Shown piece by piece: positions 25,845 to 39,720 of a stretch of DNA of 64,000 bases. The notes under the pieces were generated by a model. That model was given only the letters and a program-made list of their open reading frames with translations. It had not been told where the DNA came from and did not search any database. The position numbers were made by a program, and so were the translations under genes. This DNA is from Antedon mediterranea. Lineage: Eukaryota; Animalia; Echinodermata. Location: NCBI RefSeq assembly GCF_964355755.1, contig NC_092670.1, positions 5,074,201 through 5,138,200 of the forward strand, written 5' to 3'. Position 1 is the stretch's first letter, and each line of letters opens with the position of its first letter.

Positions 25845-28800
25845 CAGTCGGGCAGCAAAGTGGTTGACCTCGCGAATTATTACCAAATCAAAATTTGAAT
25901 TGCCGCCATCTTGGAATCGCGATAAAGCAAGTAGTGCGGAATTACAAAATGCAGCAAAAAAAATGTTCAATAACATTTAAATAGCATATTCATACAATTA
26001 AATTTATATTAATAAAATTCAACTAAGGAGTTTACGAAAGATAGGCTACTTAAGAAATACTGCCGAGATCGGTTCCCCCACACGGCGTAGGGTACCGCAG
26101 TGCTAAGGGGCCTAGGTAGGAAAAAATCTGATTTTACCCGTTAAACATGCTTGAACCAAGGCCATTTTAATATATATTATCCAGATTATATATCAAAACA
26201 AACTGATAAAATGATTTGTTGATTTGCTTCTGATGAGAAAAGTGCCGGATTCATTTCGCTGACGGCGAATGAATACACGAATTTTCGCCATTTTCTAGCA
26301 CTAGCCTTGGGTACCCAGACAGCTGATAACGATTATATTCGATTGTCCAGACGTCTCTGCTACTGGTGCTCAATACTACAGTATGTATTACCATGGACCT
26401 ATAGGTCCATGGTATTACTGTACATATAGTACTGTATGTTTAGTTTTTGCTTTCTTTATGGCAAAATAAATATTTAATTTTTATTATTGCTTATTTTCCT
26501 TTAACTTTATCCCAGAAGTACATATTATTATATATATGCATATTACAGTCAAGTTGCAACTGGCACAAATCCACTCCACTTTGGTTACTAACTAAATAAT
26601 TAATACAGTAGTATAACATCATATAACTAACAAACAAATTAACAAGTTAATAAATTAACCACCATTAAATAATTTTATTTACACAAAAGTATTTTACATA
26701 CAGTATAACATGTAATTGTAATATCTTGTTTACATCGAAGTAAAATATGCCTATCAAACTATCTTGCTCAGGCTAAAATATCAAGTTATATATGTCAATA
26801 TTTGAGTTAAATCATCGCGATAATAAACATTTTTATTTATTTTTTTATTTTTAAAGACATCTGTTACGTACATCAATTTACAAATATCAAAATAGGATTG
26901 TTTTTGCAGCACAAGATGAATCACAAGTCGGATAGTTTATTCTTAGAAACCTGAAAGAAAAATAATGAGCTATTCATAGTTAAATAATTTTAATGTCAAC
27001 TTTAGTCATCCTAAATTGTGTCGCCATGATCACTACTACTATACTGTATATATAAATATCATACTATGTACGACCATCCAAATTACCTCATCCTACCTGC
27101 AGTCCTTCCTAGCCTAGGCTACATTATTGTCATTACAAACCTCCAACAGCCGGGATATGACCGGTTGGGCCGCCGACAAGTTGAGCCGCCGGTAATTTCT
27201 ATGAAACGCCCAGTGCGTCTTTTACGACATTTCGCGTAGTGATAGAGGGGTGTCCTAGTACATAAGTTCATGGTCTTTAGGTTTATGGTGTCATGAAAAT
27301 AAATAATAATTACATACTATAATTTTGTTGGTTTGAACCGCCATAACAACACAGCAAAGGAAAGTAGTCATATTTAATAATTTAATTGTTTTTAATCTTT
27401 CAAATCTTTCAAATTCTTTCAAGTCCAGTGCACTCCATAATATTTTTCTCGCGTAAAATCATGTTGTCTCTCAGGACTAATAATAGAGTATTGATACTCT
27501 TCGAATGAGGTTAAATAATTATTATTTTTTATCTACTATCTTTTAATATCATATTTTATTGAATTTTACAATGTTAATACACAAAATATTTTACTAAAAA
27601 ACGGTGATTTTATGCAATTATTTTACCGAAAAATGGAGTAGGCCTAGTTCATACAACTGCCGCCTAAAGGGGGCAACATGTTTACGTCATTTTTGGCTAA
27701 AAACGATCATTTTCGGTCACGTTTTAGGCCTTATATTTTGGAATCTACAAGTCAGATATTCATAATTATTTCTCTTTAATTATAATATTTAATAATATAT
27801 ACTAAAAACCGTGATATATAAACTTTGGAATATACATCGTTATATCTAATAATTAATATAAATAGAACTTCTATTAAATAAATAGAAACGAGCACCGGCG
27901 AAAGTAAGCATTTGGCGTTTCATAGAAAATAACGTTTTTCTGGCGGCGGCTCAACTTGTCGGCGGCTCAACTTGGCCTAATCCCAACAGCCACAACATAT
28001 TTTCTTTTCTTTGGCAAAGAATTTCCCGTAATATAGTCCTAAATTAATTAAATAAATTAAAAGGTCTAGTAGGCCTAGGACTTTCTTTAAATATCCGACG
28101 ATATATATCCATAATTCAGTGGATATAGATTCAACATTTTAAACATAATATGGCTTCACATTGATTATAATAAGCCGGCGATATGCCACTAAAAACTAGC
28201 CTGCGGCCCTCTCTATCCCTCTACAAATAGCACTGGGTTTCCGTCAAATGGGCTAGCCTAGGCCTAGAATAATACAAGTTGGGTACATTTTTTTACAACC
28301 AAATAATCTACAATTATATTGCAATATTTACCAAACTAGCACCAAATCCAAAATAATAAAGCTACTAAAAACATATTTTGGTATATTAACTGGTTTAAAA
28401 ACGGATTGCACATAGTGATTTTGAAGGATTGAAATTACTCAACCACACGGCCTGTACTAAACATACGAATCCAAGATGGAGTCTGCTTAGAATATATCCC
28501 CAGCTTTGAACGGATATTGAATCCGTCCCACAAGCTGAACCAAGCTTAAACTTTCAGAAAAGATAGATTAATAACCTAATAACCAACCACTAAGTTTTTA
28601 TAAAGGTTCCGTGCTGATGAGAAAAGTGCCGGATTCCCTACGAAACCAAACAAATAAATCATGTAGCCTACCTCAACGAACACCTCCATCTGCACTTTTT
28701 TCTTCAATAAGCTCTGTCGTCATTTCCTGGGCTATTTATACCAAAATTTTGTGGCGGGAATAATCTTCCATATTAGGAGTAACAATTTCCAAATATAGAA

Positions 28801-28980
28801 AGATATAATTTAACCCGGATGGTGGAAATTGCAGCAGATTTGTAAGGGTATTCCCATGCAAAATGCTTGCCGCGAAGTGAAAAGCGAACCGGAAGTCACT
28901 ATAACTTGGCGATGCTCATTGACCTGCGCAGTTAAAAAACAGCGTTTTAACGGTTAAATGAGCACTTTGCTGCTCGACTG
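25845..28980. mobile_element. Non-autonomous Academ-like DNA transposon
   Basis: TIR CAGTCGGGCAGCAAAGTG (25845) / CACTTTGCTGCTCGACTG (28980), with 4-bp TSD ATGA on both sides. The terminus resembles that of the element ending at 2877. Confidence 0.75.
27152..27984. mobile_element. Nested MITE with GG..CC termini and 7(-8)-bp TSD
   Basis: TIR GGGAT...GCCGCCGACAAGTTGAGCCGCC...TTTCTATGAAACGCC and its inverse; AACAGCC duplicated at 27145-27151 and 27985-27991. Confidence 0.8.
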
Positions 28981-29895
28981 ATGAAGACCACTAAACTCTT
29001 ATGTGTACGGTATATTATAGGACGCGAACCAGTAATAAGCATTGACCAATCACAAAACACGTACAACCACACGCGCGCACGTCAGCTATTTGAGTTCGTT
29101 ACAAACTAGGGTGATTTTGCACCAAGCTAATATAGTTGACATCCATTTTAAGGCACCGTTTGTGTGAGGAATTGGCCTACTTTTTATCAGTCTTACTACC
29201 CACATATCCTATCACACTTTACAAGAGTAAGGCATTATTACGGGTTTCAAAATCTACCAGCATTGGTGGGCTAACCTTACTTGACCTGATGTCCTAAATG
29301 AACAATATGAATATTGTGTTTATAAATTAATCATGTATAAACATTAGCCTTATATTCTAGGAATATTAGTAAGGGAGTAACCACAGGTTGTCTCTTCCCA
29401 CAAATTCATCACCGCAAAATATCATTGGCGAACTCCCTGCTGCTTGATACCATAGGCCTAAATTAAACCAAATCTGATTGTTTAGTAGAGCTATAACCTG
29501 TTACATGTGGAAGTTCATTGTACGATTCGAAATAACATGAATTCGGTAAAATGATCATGCATAGGCCTTGAGCATCTTATATTAAATTGACACCGTAATT
29601 TGACAACAAATTATTTTAATTGTAATAGTAATCTTGTGAAAATATATCGAGTCCACTAAGATGTTTGTTTAAAATTAACTAAACCCTCGTCAACTACGTC
29701 AACTTATGTGTTCAAACCAAGACATTGAAATACTGTACTTATCATAGAAATCATAAATTTACTTTTTGACACTAATGCGGCAATTCAAAATATTCTACAT
29801 TTGTCATGTACAATATTGAAACAGAAATACAGTACATGAAACTATACAGCTAAACTTCTGTACAGAAATTTGATTATTGTTTAAAACTATTACGG

Positions 29896-30023
29896 ATTTT
29901 TAGTCGCGTGTTATTAGTCGCGTGCAAACGCAACTCTTCAGCTCACTATGTCGGTCGGTCGGTTGGTCGGTAACACTAACTCAAATTTGAGCATACGACT
30001 GCATACATGTATATGGCTTTGTT
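29896..30023 (+). mobile_element. HINE/DINE-1-like element, copy 2
   Basis: TTTTAGTCGCGTG...(GTCG)n...GAGCATACGACT..CATGTATATGGCTTTGTT. Confidence 0.6.
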
Positions 30024-30214
30024 AAAATACATCAAACATTGCATGAAACACTTGGAATTAAAATAATTGATGGTGGTTGCGTGTTGAGGGAGGGTAAGAT
30101 GATTGGAAATTATAAATTGTATTGAAAGTTATAACAGCAGTTATCTTTTACGATTATTGTCATTGAGCATTACACTTCTCAAAGATGATCACTGAGAGAG
30201 TCTCCCATCCAGAA

Positions 30215-30610
30215 TTTATTATTTATTTATTTTATTTTATTTCCTTTATTGCATCAAGTAAACAGTGATGAAGTTGACATAAATATAATAATAAATATAT
30301 AAAAAAAACATAGTATAACACAGACCAAACAAGTTACTAAAATATATCACAAATCAGCCATCATAGTACATCCAGTAACACAAACCAAAAGGGGTTCACA
30401 ATTTGCTTATCATTACTCAGTTTCTGATCATTCACCAATCATTGAAAACTCCGTGGAAAGTAATGAAGTTTTTTGTGCGTTGTGTCCTGACTTTGGGGAG
30501 GGTGAATGATCTAACGCGTCGGAGCTGATGGTTGTGTGTGGGAGGTTTAGGTAAGAGAATGCAAACGGAAGTAACTTTATTATACAAATTGAAGAATTTA
30601 CCTAAAATAG
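30215..30610 (-). mobile_element. LINE 3' fragment (CR1/L2 group)
   Basis: LLPKPPTHNHQLRRVRSFTLPKVRTQRTKNF resembles a LINE ORF2 C-terminus; (TAAA)n tail near 30215-30240. Confidence 0.55.
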
Positions 30611-31074
30611 ACACTCACTGGCCTACTATATACTCACCATCGTCTTGTATGCCCTTATATGGTACAAAAAGATAATGATAATAATGCAATGCAATAATGT
30701 ACTGTGCTGACTATGACAGAGAAGATGCAATTAAGGCTGGATCATCAGGATTTAACATTAATATACAAGGTGCAGAATTCTATGAAGTGGTGAGGAAATG
30801 TGCATTAGTTTTTGGAGTCGGGTACGGTAGTTAATTTAGGAAATAGCCTCTCCTTCTGAGCCGAACCTATTTTTGTATTCTCGTTACGGAATAATGAGCT
30901 ATTATACTTGTCGCACCTTTCTTTAACTTATATATTAAAATAAAAAAAGATATTCTATATCAATATATTATAAGGTGTATGTCAGTAATGTTTGCACATA
31001 GCGTTCATGTTTCAGATAAAAAAAAACACTTTATAACCGACTTTGTTTTTATAAAATCATTGATACAATTATAT

Positions 31075-31155
31075 AAACTAGACATTGTATATGGCTACAG
31101 TCGCGTGCTCAAGTAAGTGTTTACCGACCAACCGACATAGTTCCGCGACTAAAAT
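31075..31155 (-). mobile_element. HINE/DINE-1-like element, copy 3
   Basis: ATGGCTACAGTCGCGTGCTCAAGTAAGTGTTTACCGACCAACCGACATAG..CGCGACTAAAA. Confidence 0.55.
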
Positions 31156-31530
31156 ACATTTTTTTTATTGTGTAAATGTAATTGGGAAGAAGGTGTTTTA
31201 AAGGTCTATTCTATATGACCTTAATTGCCACTACTTCTATCCTTCTTTTCTTGTTTATGTGTCTTTTAAAATGTAATGAATTAAATTACATTTTTTCTCA
31301 GCAAGGTGAAAAAAAATACTACTATACTATGATATTAGAATGTGGCAACTCAGATCTTTACCGTGACCGCATCACTCAGTCAAAAATGACTATTTCAATC
31401 AATTCTTTTATTTCAGAAATTTCATTCATATCAACAAACGTGTACAAACAGAAACAAAAAATCGCAAATTATAGACGTTAGTTATTTTCCTTACCCATAG
31501 TAGGCCTATACAGCAAGTCAGAGTGCGTTA

Positions 31531-31669
31531 AGCTTGGTTCTCTATAGGACGCAACGCAAGCGAGTTGACCAATCACACGCGACTGTTCGAATAGTCTATC
31601 GCTTGAGATCGGTCAAACCACTTTGCGTTGCGTTACGTCCTTACGTTGCGTACCAATAGGAACCAAGAT
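31531..31669. mobile_element. Harbinger-type MITE family 1, copy 3
   Basis: TTA|AGCTTGGTTC...GGAACCAAGAT|TTA, same TTGACCAATCAC body. Confidence 0.75.
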
Positions 31670-32794
31670 TTAGTGGAGATGCGGCGCAAAATATATTTTT
31701 TAGGGATTGAAATCAACATTGTTTCTATATTTCTAAGGAATGAATACAAAAAAACCCTAAAATATAATTATTGTAAAATAATACATTTATATATATACAC
31801 ATTCTACGTGGGACAAGCTACACTTCTGCTTAAAAAAATTGGACTTACTTGGTGGTTGTTTTAGCAGTATTATTATTATCGTTTCTTTTCTTTTTTGTCG
31901 TGGGGAATACCCTACATTTACTTAAATTGATTTGTTATTTGTCTGTGTTACTACAGACAGTCACTTTGGCATTTAAAGTTGTGTTGTGGCATCTGCTACT
32001 GCCCTTCTTGATGTTCCGATGAGTATACGTAGGCCTAGCATCATAGTTGTATTTGATTGTTACGGTATGTCTACTATCTGCTTGGGAATGCCTGCACATA
32101 CGTCGAGGAAATGTCTCATTTTATGTTTAAGTGTGCAGTTGTTTATGTCCGTCAAATTTGCGTCGGAATCCCAAGTCACTCTGAAATTACTCAAAAGCAT
32201 CAAAATACATTTAGCAACGTCATTTCTTACGCTAAAAGAAATTGGACAGTGTGTTCTTATTGTACGTTTTTACAATTATTACTTAATTTAAATATAGTCT
32301 AATGGACAGTCCACAAAAAGCCTATCGTATCTTACAGTATTTTTTAAAGTATTACGTCATGCGTCTCCTTCGGTCTGCTTTTCATCCTACTCGCCTTCTT
32401 ACGTCATATAGGCAACTGTGTACAGTGCTTATTTATATACAATTATTATAAATTAATGGCAAACGTTTTATTGTTTTAATATAATATGTAGGGGTTTGCC
32501 AACCCACGTGTTTCATTGACACTATATATCCATCCAATAGGCCAGCCTACATTTGATTAATCTGATAAGACGATGCATAAATCCTAATTCTAATAATTAT
32601 CTAAGTATCGCAATGGATACTTAGGCCTAATGGAAAGAAATTATTTATTAAATTAACTGTTAAATCAACACTCACACTGAATAGTTAAATATCAAATTTT
32701 ATAATACAAATTTCATCTTTCACCTTATCAAATGTTGTACAATTTACACTCATAAACAAGGGTATAGGCCAGTTGACACCCGAACTTTTGCTAC

Positions 32795-32915
32795 CCGGCC
32801 TTAAGCCACCAAGCCCGTTGCCACTGGGATTTAAGCCACTAGGCTCATTGCCACTCGGATTTAAGCCACTAGGCCCGTTGCCACTTGAGCTTAAGCCATC
32901 GGGCCCTTTGTCACA
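32795..32915. repeat. 30-bp tandem repeat (TTAAGCCACTAGGCCCGTTGCCACT...), ~4 copies
   Basis: Directly visible. Confidence 0.7.
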
Positions 32916-34834
32916 GTAAGAGGAGGATCAATATGAAACGCTTGCAGCGCAACAACCGATTGATCACGTTTACTTGTTTTATTAGTTTAAGCGGCAGTCA
33001 GAATGACAGTTACTTGACTTATGGTTACACAGCTAATGACAACGTTTTATATATATTTTTACTATTCATCAGCATACAAACTTTCTATAATATCATAGAC
33101 CTAGGCCTATATATAATTTATCATGCCTTTTGATTTAACTCGTACGCCTATTTTACAACACATACATTGGCAGCGCATTTGTTTTTAAAATTCCATGTCA
33201 GTTAAAATTATACTATCTATATATCTATCAACGTACAAAAGAATTGGAGACAATGTAGACGGGCATTGGTTTGGATTTATCTTGATCTCCGGCCAATAGA
33301 CATACTGTACACGTCGGCTACTCACTGTATAATCAACGTACATAATGTTGACGTTACAAAAAGTCGGACAGATAGTCATCTCATCGTTTGTTACGCCGAG
33401 TGTATGTAACTAGTTATACTTTTTATATCATCTACCTATTAGACCTAATCTATAAGTCCGTGGTCTTGTTGTTCCCCGTGACCCTTTGTTATTTTCTATG
33501 CTGTAATTTAGTTTTTATGTTCTTGTGACGTCATTTTGTATAAAACAAAACTGTTTTTCTGTTTTCCCTTTTGAAAACTATTATTATTACTGCCATTATA
33601 TCTATTCATATCTCTCTTTACATCGATGTATAATGTTGTTGACTATTAAACTAAAACATTTAATTCACATCAACAATCAAATTAATATATATTGCACGAA
33701 TTGCTAATTTGGTAATTTTCCAATATAGATTAAAATCAAATATGAACATTATCTATACTCCTTACGGCTGAGTCGTGATTCCTTTCAAACAAGAAACGGA
33801 CGTTATAGCTTAATATAGCACAGATTAAAGTTAACCCCATAAAAAAAGAATAATGAGTTACACGTATCGGCGAGTGTGTAATGTTATTTTAATTATTAGA
33901 TACTTCCAATCAGTTCTAATTTGTTTTCATTTTTATTTTTGTTTTTTAATGGTTATTTATTATATTATGTTATTGACTTGTTGCTTTGTTCATTACAGTT
34001 GTTCGTCACGTCCAATCAATCGGTGATCACATTTCCATGAGTTTACATTTTTTAAATCAATACAATTGTTATACACAAAGCATCTGTTGATTTGGACAAT
34101 CTTGTTATTTTGTTCATAACAAGCTACTTGCCTCGCCTTACGTCTACAAACGACTTTTGTAATTTGCTTAGAATAGGGAATCTCCCTACTATGGAGATTG
34201 TCTTCAAAAACTTTTAAGTAATCTACGAACGATATTTCTTTACGTAAATTTAAAAATCAATCCAAACCATGCAACCTACAGCTACACAATTAATTTGTTT
34301 ACAAAACTATGATGGTAGGAACTATTATTCGCTATTCGCTATTATATTGTCATTTCGTGCGATTTCCGTCAGTATCGTGTCTGGAGACAATTATAGCACC
34401 TGCAGTTTCTTGTTTGCTGACTACAACGTTTGGGTTACAGCTTATGCCTTGTTCGTGCTATCATTTTTTTCACATTAGGTCCTAAAGTAGTAAAGTATCA
34501 TGCAGCATTGACAACCCAGATTTGTTAGTGCGAGGAATTTGTTTGCGGAAAACAATATTCCATCATTTTATGAATATTTGTGGATTTCGACTTACCGATT
34601 TCTTACAAGAATAATGAAAAGCAAAAACAGAATGTTAATTTGTATATATAAATATTTGTTGATGGATTCAAACATGTACTACAAATGGAGAGAGGCATTA
34701 TATACCAATAGATAAACGTTTTGGTCTTCTCTCCTTTATCTTTTTTTGTGTAATGTATTATACCATATGGACAATTGTCTGAAATAAAAGTTGAATTGAA
34801 AAATTAATGAATTCTAGAGTATAGATAGAACAAT

Positions 34835-35097
34835 TCATTCGTCCGTCCGTCCATTTGTTCGCTCGTTCGTTCGTTCTTCGTTCTTTCGCTCGCTCGTTTA
34901 TTCGCTCGTCCGTCCGTTTGCTCGTTCGTTCGTTTTTTTGCACGTTCGTTCGTTCGTACGTCCCTCCGTCCGTCTGTTCGCTCTTTCGTTTCATTCATCC
35001 AATCATTCCTCCGTTCGTTCGTTCGTTATTTCTTTTCATTCATTCATCCAATCATTCGGTCGGTCGGTCGTTCATTCAATCATTCATTCATTCATTA
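34835..35097. repeat. Degenerate (TTCG/TCCG/TTCA)n microsatellite
   Basis: Directly visible; it generates the overlapping ORFs at 34758-35120. Confidence 0.85.
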
Positions 35098-37205
35098 AGG
35101 TCCTACATACAATAACATAGTAATCGGGAACCGATTTTCTCTGTTTATACGTTGGGATGCAACCGTTACACCAGGCGTACCCTTTGACAACTGTTCGTTG
35201 TCGAGTATATTTATATCGTAAGGAAAAGGGGGAAAGAGTAAATGCACCATCTAAACCCAAAGAAGATGGCACTGTACCGACATTCCCTGAATATATACTA
35301 CTATATTGGGAATTATTAATTGGTTATACATTGGTTCCAAATGTAGCATTTTAAAAACAATTCTACGTTTGTGTGATTTTATTGACATTCTACAGCTCAT
35401 TAACAGTGTATGACGTAATATTAGTTTTAATCAATTGGCCAGTTACCATGAACACGCTGTACTTTCTTGCTTTCTAATCGAGGATAAATATCTTGTTATG
35501 GTCTATTACCATACAAAATTTAGTAGCTTACAAAGGTTAATGGATATTAAAGTTCAGAAAAACAACAACTAAATAATTAGAAATACTTGGTTGTAATAAG
35601 CGGTCCAAACGTTGGCGTTTTCGACGCCAAAGGTCTATTACTCAGCTACCTCTAATGAGTTTTTACTGATCATCATTTTAGCCATTCAATCCTATTATTC
35701 TTAGCACAATCACCTGTATGTAAACTGCGCGTGTATGTATATTGTATGAATTAACAGCCACGACAATCATTCTAGTACTTTAGCATTTTAACATTTTAAC
35801 AAAAACATGAGACAATTACATTTTTTATCTTCAACATAATTATTTTATTCTTGCGGAATGCTAAGAGATTCTTTGACAAAAGAGCATAAAGCCTAAAGTT
35901 CAATACAGATTTTTAAAACACAATAAAGCAAATTCAACGAGTTAACGTCTACCAAACGGTTAAGGTGTGCACTCACGTTATCAGAATTGAGGAATATCAG
36001 GATTTGGTTGAAAATTCTCCAAAAAAAGTCTAAACAACGTAGGCATAGGTTTATCGAGCCATGCTTGATTTGGCAAAACGCATTTGATTCGCTTTATTGG
36101 GAATCAAACTCAATAAAAATCACTCGACCAAAAGGAGTAAGCCGGTGCTTGTTGGATTTAATAAATTGACAGCTAAATGAATTTCTATTTCTATTTTAAG
36201 ATATTATTCTTACTGTACATAAGTTTAAACGTTAATTGCACATGCCCAAATTCGGCCTTAACAACGCTTTAAAAAAAAAAATAATTCTTTAACTTATACA
36301 AGCAAACATAAATTTATAATCACCCCCAATTTGCACTATTATTGAATAATGTCTGTACCTCCCTGCCCTCTACTTTTCCTTATCCTCCCTTCCCATAGTC
36401 TCATAGTGTTTAAAACAAAAGCACATTTTGGTAAATTGCAGGTGTATAACGTGTTTATTATTTTGTTTAATAGTACGATTAAAATAACATAGGCACTGGA
36501 ATAATTTAAGATTTGTTTCTACAACTTTAAATACTCGTATACTTCTTATATATTATGTATATATTAAAACAGGCATAGTTTGTAAAAATGTTATCTCCGA
36601 GTCAAGAAACACAACCCATACCAATTACGGTAGTATAGTACCTCTCTACACAAAATATATTATAATCTGTGCTTTTTGAAATGATTTTTTCTTAAATAAA
36701 TAAATAGATAAATTGTTTTCACATTATCATTGTCACGTGTGCATTATAAAAGTCGTAAACTGCTATAATACTACTAATAAAACTTGAGCCATCCTCCAGT
36801 CACAAAACAATCTGAAAAATAGTTGAAGTTGGTTATTTCTTGTGATATTAGTCATACATAGTGTGTATTTAAATAAATAAATAATGGAGATGAAAAATGT
36901 CTTCTTTAACACAAATTGGCAATTAGCGGTCTTTTTTTGTGCAAACCGCAATTTTAAACTGAAAAGAACGCAATGAATACATTTCTTAATTGATTTTTAA
37001 TTGAAACCACGTAGAGAACAACGCGCTTTTGATTAAAAATACAAATAATTGAATTGAATTTTAAAGAAAAAAATCACAGCCACGCCAATCATTTCATTTT
37101 CAAAGAAAAAAAATCATAACACAATTTAGATAGCTTAACCTAAGTAGGCATACGGCCCGTGTTCATTAGTTGAAGAAAATGTACAGAAAACACACCTTGA
37201 AGCAT

Positions 37206-37372
37206 TCAGCGACCAACGCCCTCCATTTTCAATCTTTGATTTGATACAACTTCTCTTGTGTTCTCTTCTTCCATTTCAAGTCGTAATAATTCTAATAGCC
37301 CTAATGTACCAACTGGTCTAGAATTACTTCCACGCTTCAGGGCCATGTGTTTTGGATTTACCTCTTCCACAT
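37206..37372 (-). CDS. Precursor A last exon encoding mature peptide
   Basis: cattatag|AT GTG ... AAG CGT GGA ... GTT GGT CGC TGA. Confidence 0.87.
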
Positions 37373-38972
37373 CTATAATGTAATATCAACAACGCAATTT
37401 CAGTATTATTCATTTGTATTCTTAGTTTTAAAACACAATTAACTCTCAACTTATCTAAACATTCTCAAATTAAAAGTAAACAATTTGTAATATGAATAAA
37501 ATGCTACAGAGTGAGTGAGTGGCCGAGCGGTTAAGACAGTGGAACCATAATTAAGTAGCCATAACATCGGCAAGGGTTCGAGGCTCACTCGCTCTATGGT
37601 TCTGGTGGTAGAACGAGTCTTCTCGGATAAGGACTATAAACCGCAGATCCAGTGTACACATAGCTCATGCGCACTTTAAAGAACCTAGTACATCTTTCGA
37701 GACGAGTAGGGGGTTACCCCGGTGTACTAGTCCACACAAACACAGTCACTGTCACTCACAGCCACTGTGCAAATTGGGACTGGACCGTTTTAGAGGTGTT
37801 TACCACCTGTTGGTCCAGATCCTTCACTAACTGAGTTAGTGAGAAGTCGAATAAATAAATAAATAAATAAATACAATCCGAGTCTAAACTCGGAGGAGAA
37901 GTTTGTGGACAAATTTAGACATTTCTTTAATGTTTCACTTTCACAGTAAGAGTATGAGAATGTGATTTTTGAACATCTAAGTGTGGGATGATACGGTACG
38001 TTAAGTGTTCCATTTTTATAAAAATTACTTTTTTTAATTTCAGGTCTGGCATTTTGTAATCTTTTTGCTTATGTTGTCAGTTAAAAACATTGCTTAGTGA
38101 AAACTGAAGTTTGTAATGAATGTACTTCGCCATATTTAAGAAGAATAGCATATGCATATACATTATATTTACTCTGCTGAATTGCTCGACAAGTACAGAA
38201 AAGTCTTCCTTGAAGTAAGAAAGATTATTTTGATTATTGCGCTAATAATGAATATTGTGCATCGTCTGTCACAAGCTTTAAGACTGCAATTGACAACCGT
38301 AATATTGTAATTATTTCGAAGTACCGACGCACCATTTAATAAATTGAATGTTCCAGAAATGTATAGATTTGTTGTTACTTTTAGTCAAATCAGAAACGTG
38401 TTGATTTAGGCCTATATTATTGTTAATTGTTTTGATTTCTGACACCCACGGAGTACTGAAAAAGGTTGATTGGGTAACAAACATTTTGTTATAGGCCCAC
38501 CGGCTTAAATCCAACTGTTAGGGAACAATACTTTTTACAAAATGGTATAGTTACTCTGTTCGTGATATTATTCTGAATTTGTATTTATGCCTACTTTTTA
38601 AGTTTCATTAAGTTCTAACGGTGATACGATTGTTTGCTGTATTTTCCATTTCTGACATTACATGCATACATATTTTAAAGGAGGTTTCAGACAGAATTTA
38701 AAGAAAAAACGCATGACGCTTTATAAAATAAGTCTAATAAATGACGTAATATAAAATGACTCACCGTTGTTTCTGTAAGCCTCTTGTAAATCTAACATAT
38801 CTTTGTAGTAATTAATGAAATTGTAAATTTCGTCTAGATTTTCGGAATATTCTGGTGCATTTCGAGCAGTTCTAATTGGTTGAGGAGGATAGGCTTCTAG
38901 TACAACTATACAAACAGCGAGTACACCTATCAGACAATACATCCACAATGTGGCTTGTGTCCTGCATGCCAT
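37206..38972 (-). CDS. Neuropeptide precursor A, CRH-type (124 aa, 2 coding exons)
   Basis: Exons 38972-38765 and 37372-37206 join through a phase-1 GT-AG intron: MACRTQATLWMYCLIGVLAVCIVVLEA YPPQPIRTARNAPEYSENLDEIYNFINYYKDMLDLQEAYRNNDVEEVNPKHMAL KR GSNSRPVGTLGLLELLRLEMEEENTREVVSNQRLKMEGV GR*. The 39-aa amidated peptide resembles CRH/urotensin I (LLR..EM...SN..ME). Confidence 0.88.
37507..37872 (+). mobile_element. tRNA-derived Deu/Nin-domain SINE in intron of precursor A
   Basis: A-box TGGCCGAGCGG, B-box GGTTCGAGGC; body TCGGATAAGGACTATAAACCG...AAAGAACC...TCGAGACGAGTAGGGGGTTACCCCGGTGT, resembling the Deu/Nin domain; (TAAA)n tail. Confidence 0.8.
38765..38972 (-). CDS. Precursor A signal-peptide exon
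   Basis: Pyrimidine-rich acceptor ttcttcttcttttag| at 38978, ATG at 38972, donor AAC G|gtgagt. Confidence 0.88.
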
Positions 38973-39439
38973 TATAAACTAAAAGAAGAAGAAGAAAGAA
39001 ACTTATAATCACTTTGAATGTTTATCTTTCTCACCTATAAAATGGTGAAAATAGAATCAATATTTTAAATAATTTATCATACAATTAGAGTATTAAGTAC
39101 CGAAATTCCTGTAACCAAATACAAACAGAAAAAAGGAATAAATAATTAGTACTTGATTAACTCTTTAATTAATAAGTGCTCTTTGCTCGTGCAGTTGGAC
39201 AGTGTACGCTTTAGATATCACACATTTAATCTTCGACCTTTCTAATTATGCTACAGGTAATCGGTTTCTGTCTTGTTTGACTTCAATCATCATATTTTTA
39301 ATTGAAATTGCATTTATAATTGTATCGTAAACATTTATAAGTGGAACACGTTAGAAACTAGAGCTTTCGGTGATAGGCGAGGTACTGTATGCTTGTTTTG
39401 AGATATCGATGTATGTAATGTGTGTTATGATTTAGTCAT

Positions 39440-39720
39440 ATTACTGTACAGTGCCATCATGCTATACAAAAGTTTTATACAATTTGTAACTTTGCTAAAA
39501 AAGTTTTTTTATACAATTTTTCACTTTGCTGAAAATTTTATTTTTTATATAATGTGTCACTTTTCTGTAAAAGTTGTTTTTATAAAATGTGTCACTTTGC
39601 TGCAAAAGTAGCCTTATAATTATATTGAGTCACTTTGATAATATACAAGTTCTTTTTATATAATGTGTCACCTTAATGATTCACCTTGCTACAAAAATAG
39701 TTTATATAATATCACTTTTA
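39440..39720. repeat. Degenerate ~38-bp tandem repeats (TTTATATAATGTGTCACTTTGCT...)
   Basis: About eight recurrences visible. Confidence 0.6.

Noticed and set aside
34758-35120. Arg/Ser-rich overlapping ORFs
   Set aside because: Tetranucleotide microsatellite translations.
38790-38891. NPY/PYY-like peptide after the signal peptide of precursor A (YPPQP......AP matches NPY positions 1, 2, 5, 12, 13)
   Set aside because: No C-terminal RxRY/F-G-KR motif follows, and an RTAR site interrupts it; treated as coincidence.
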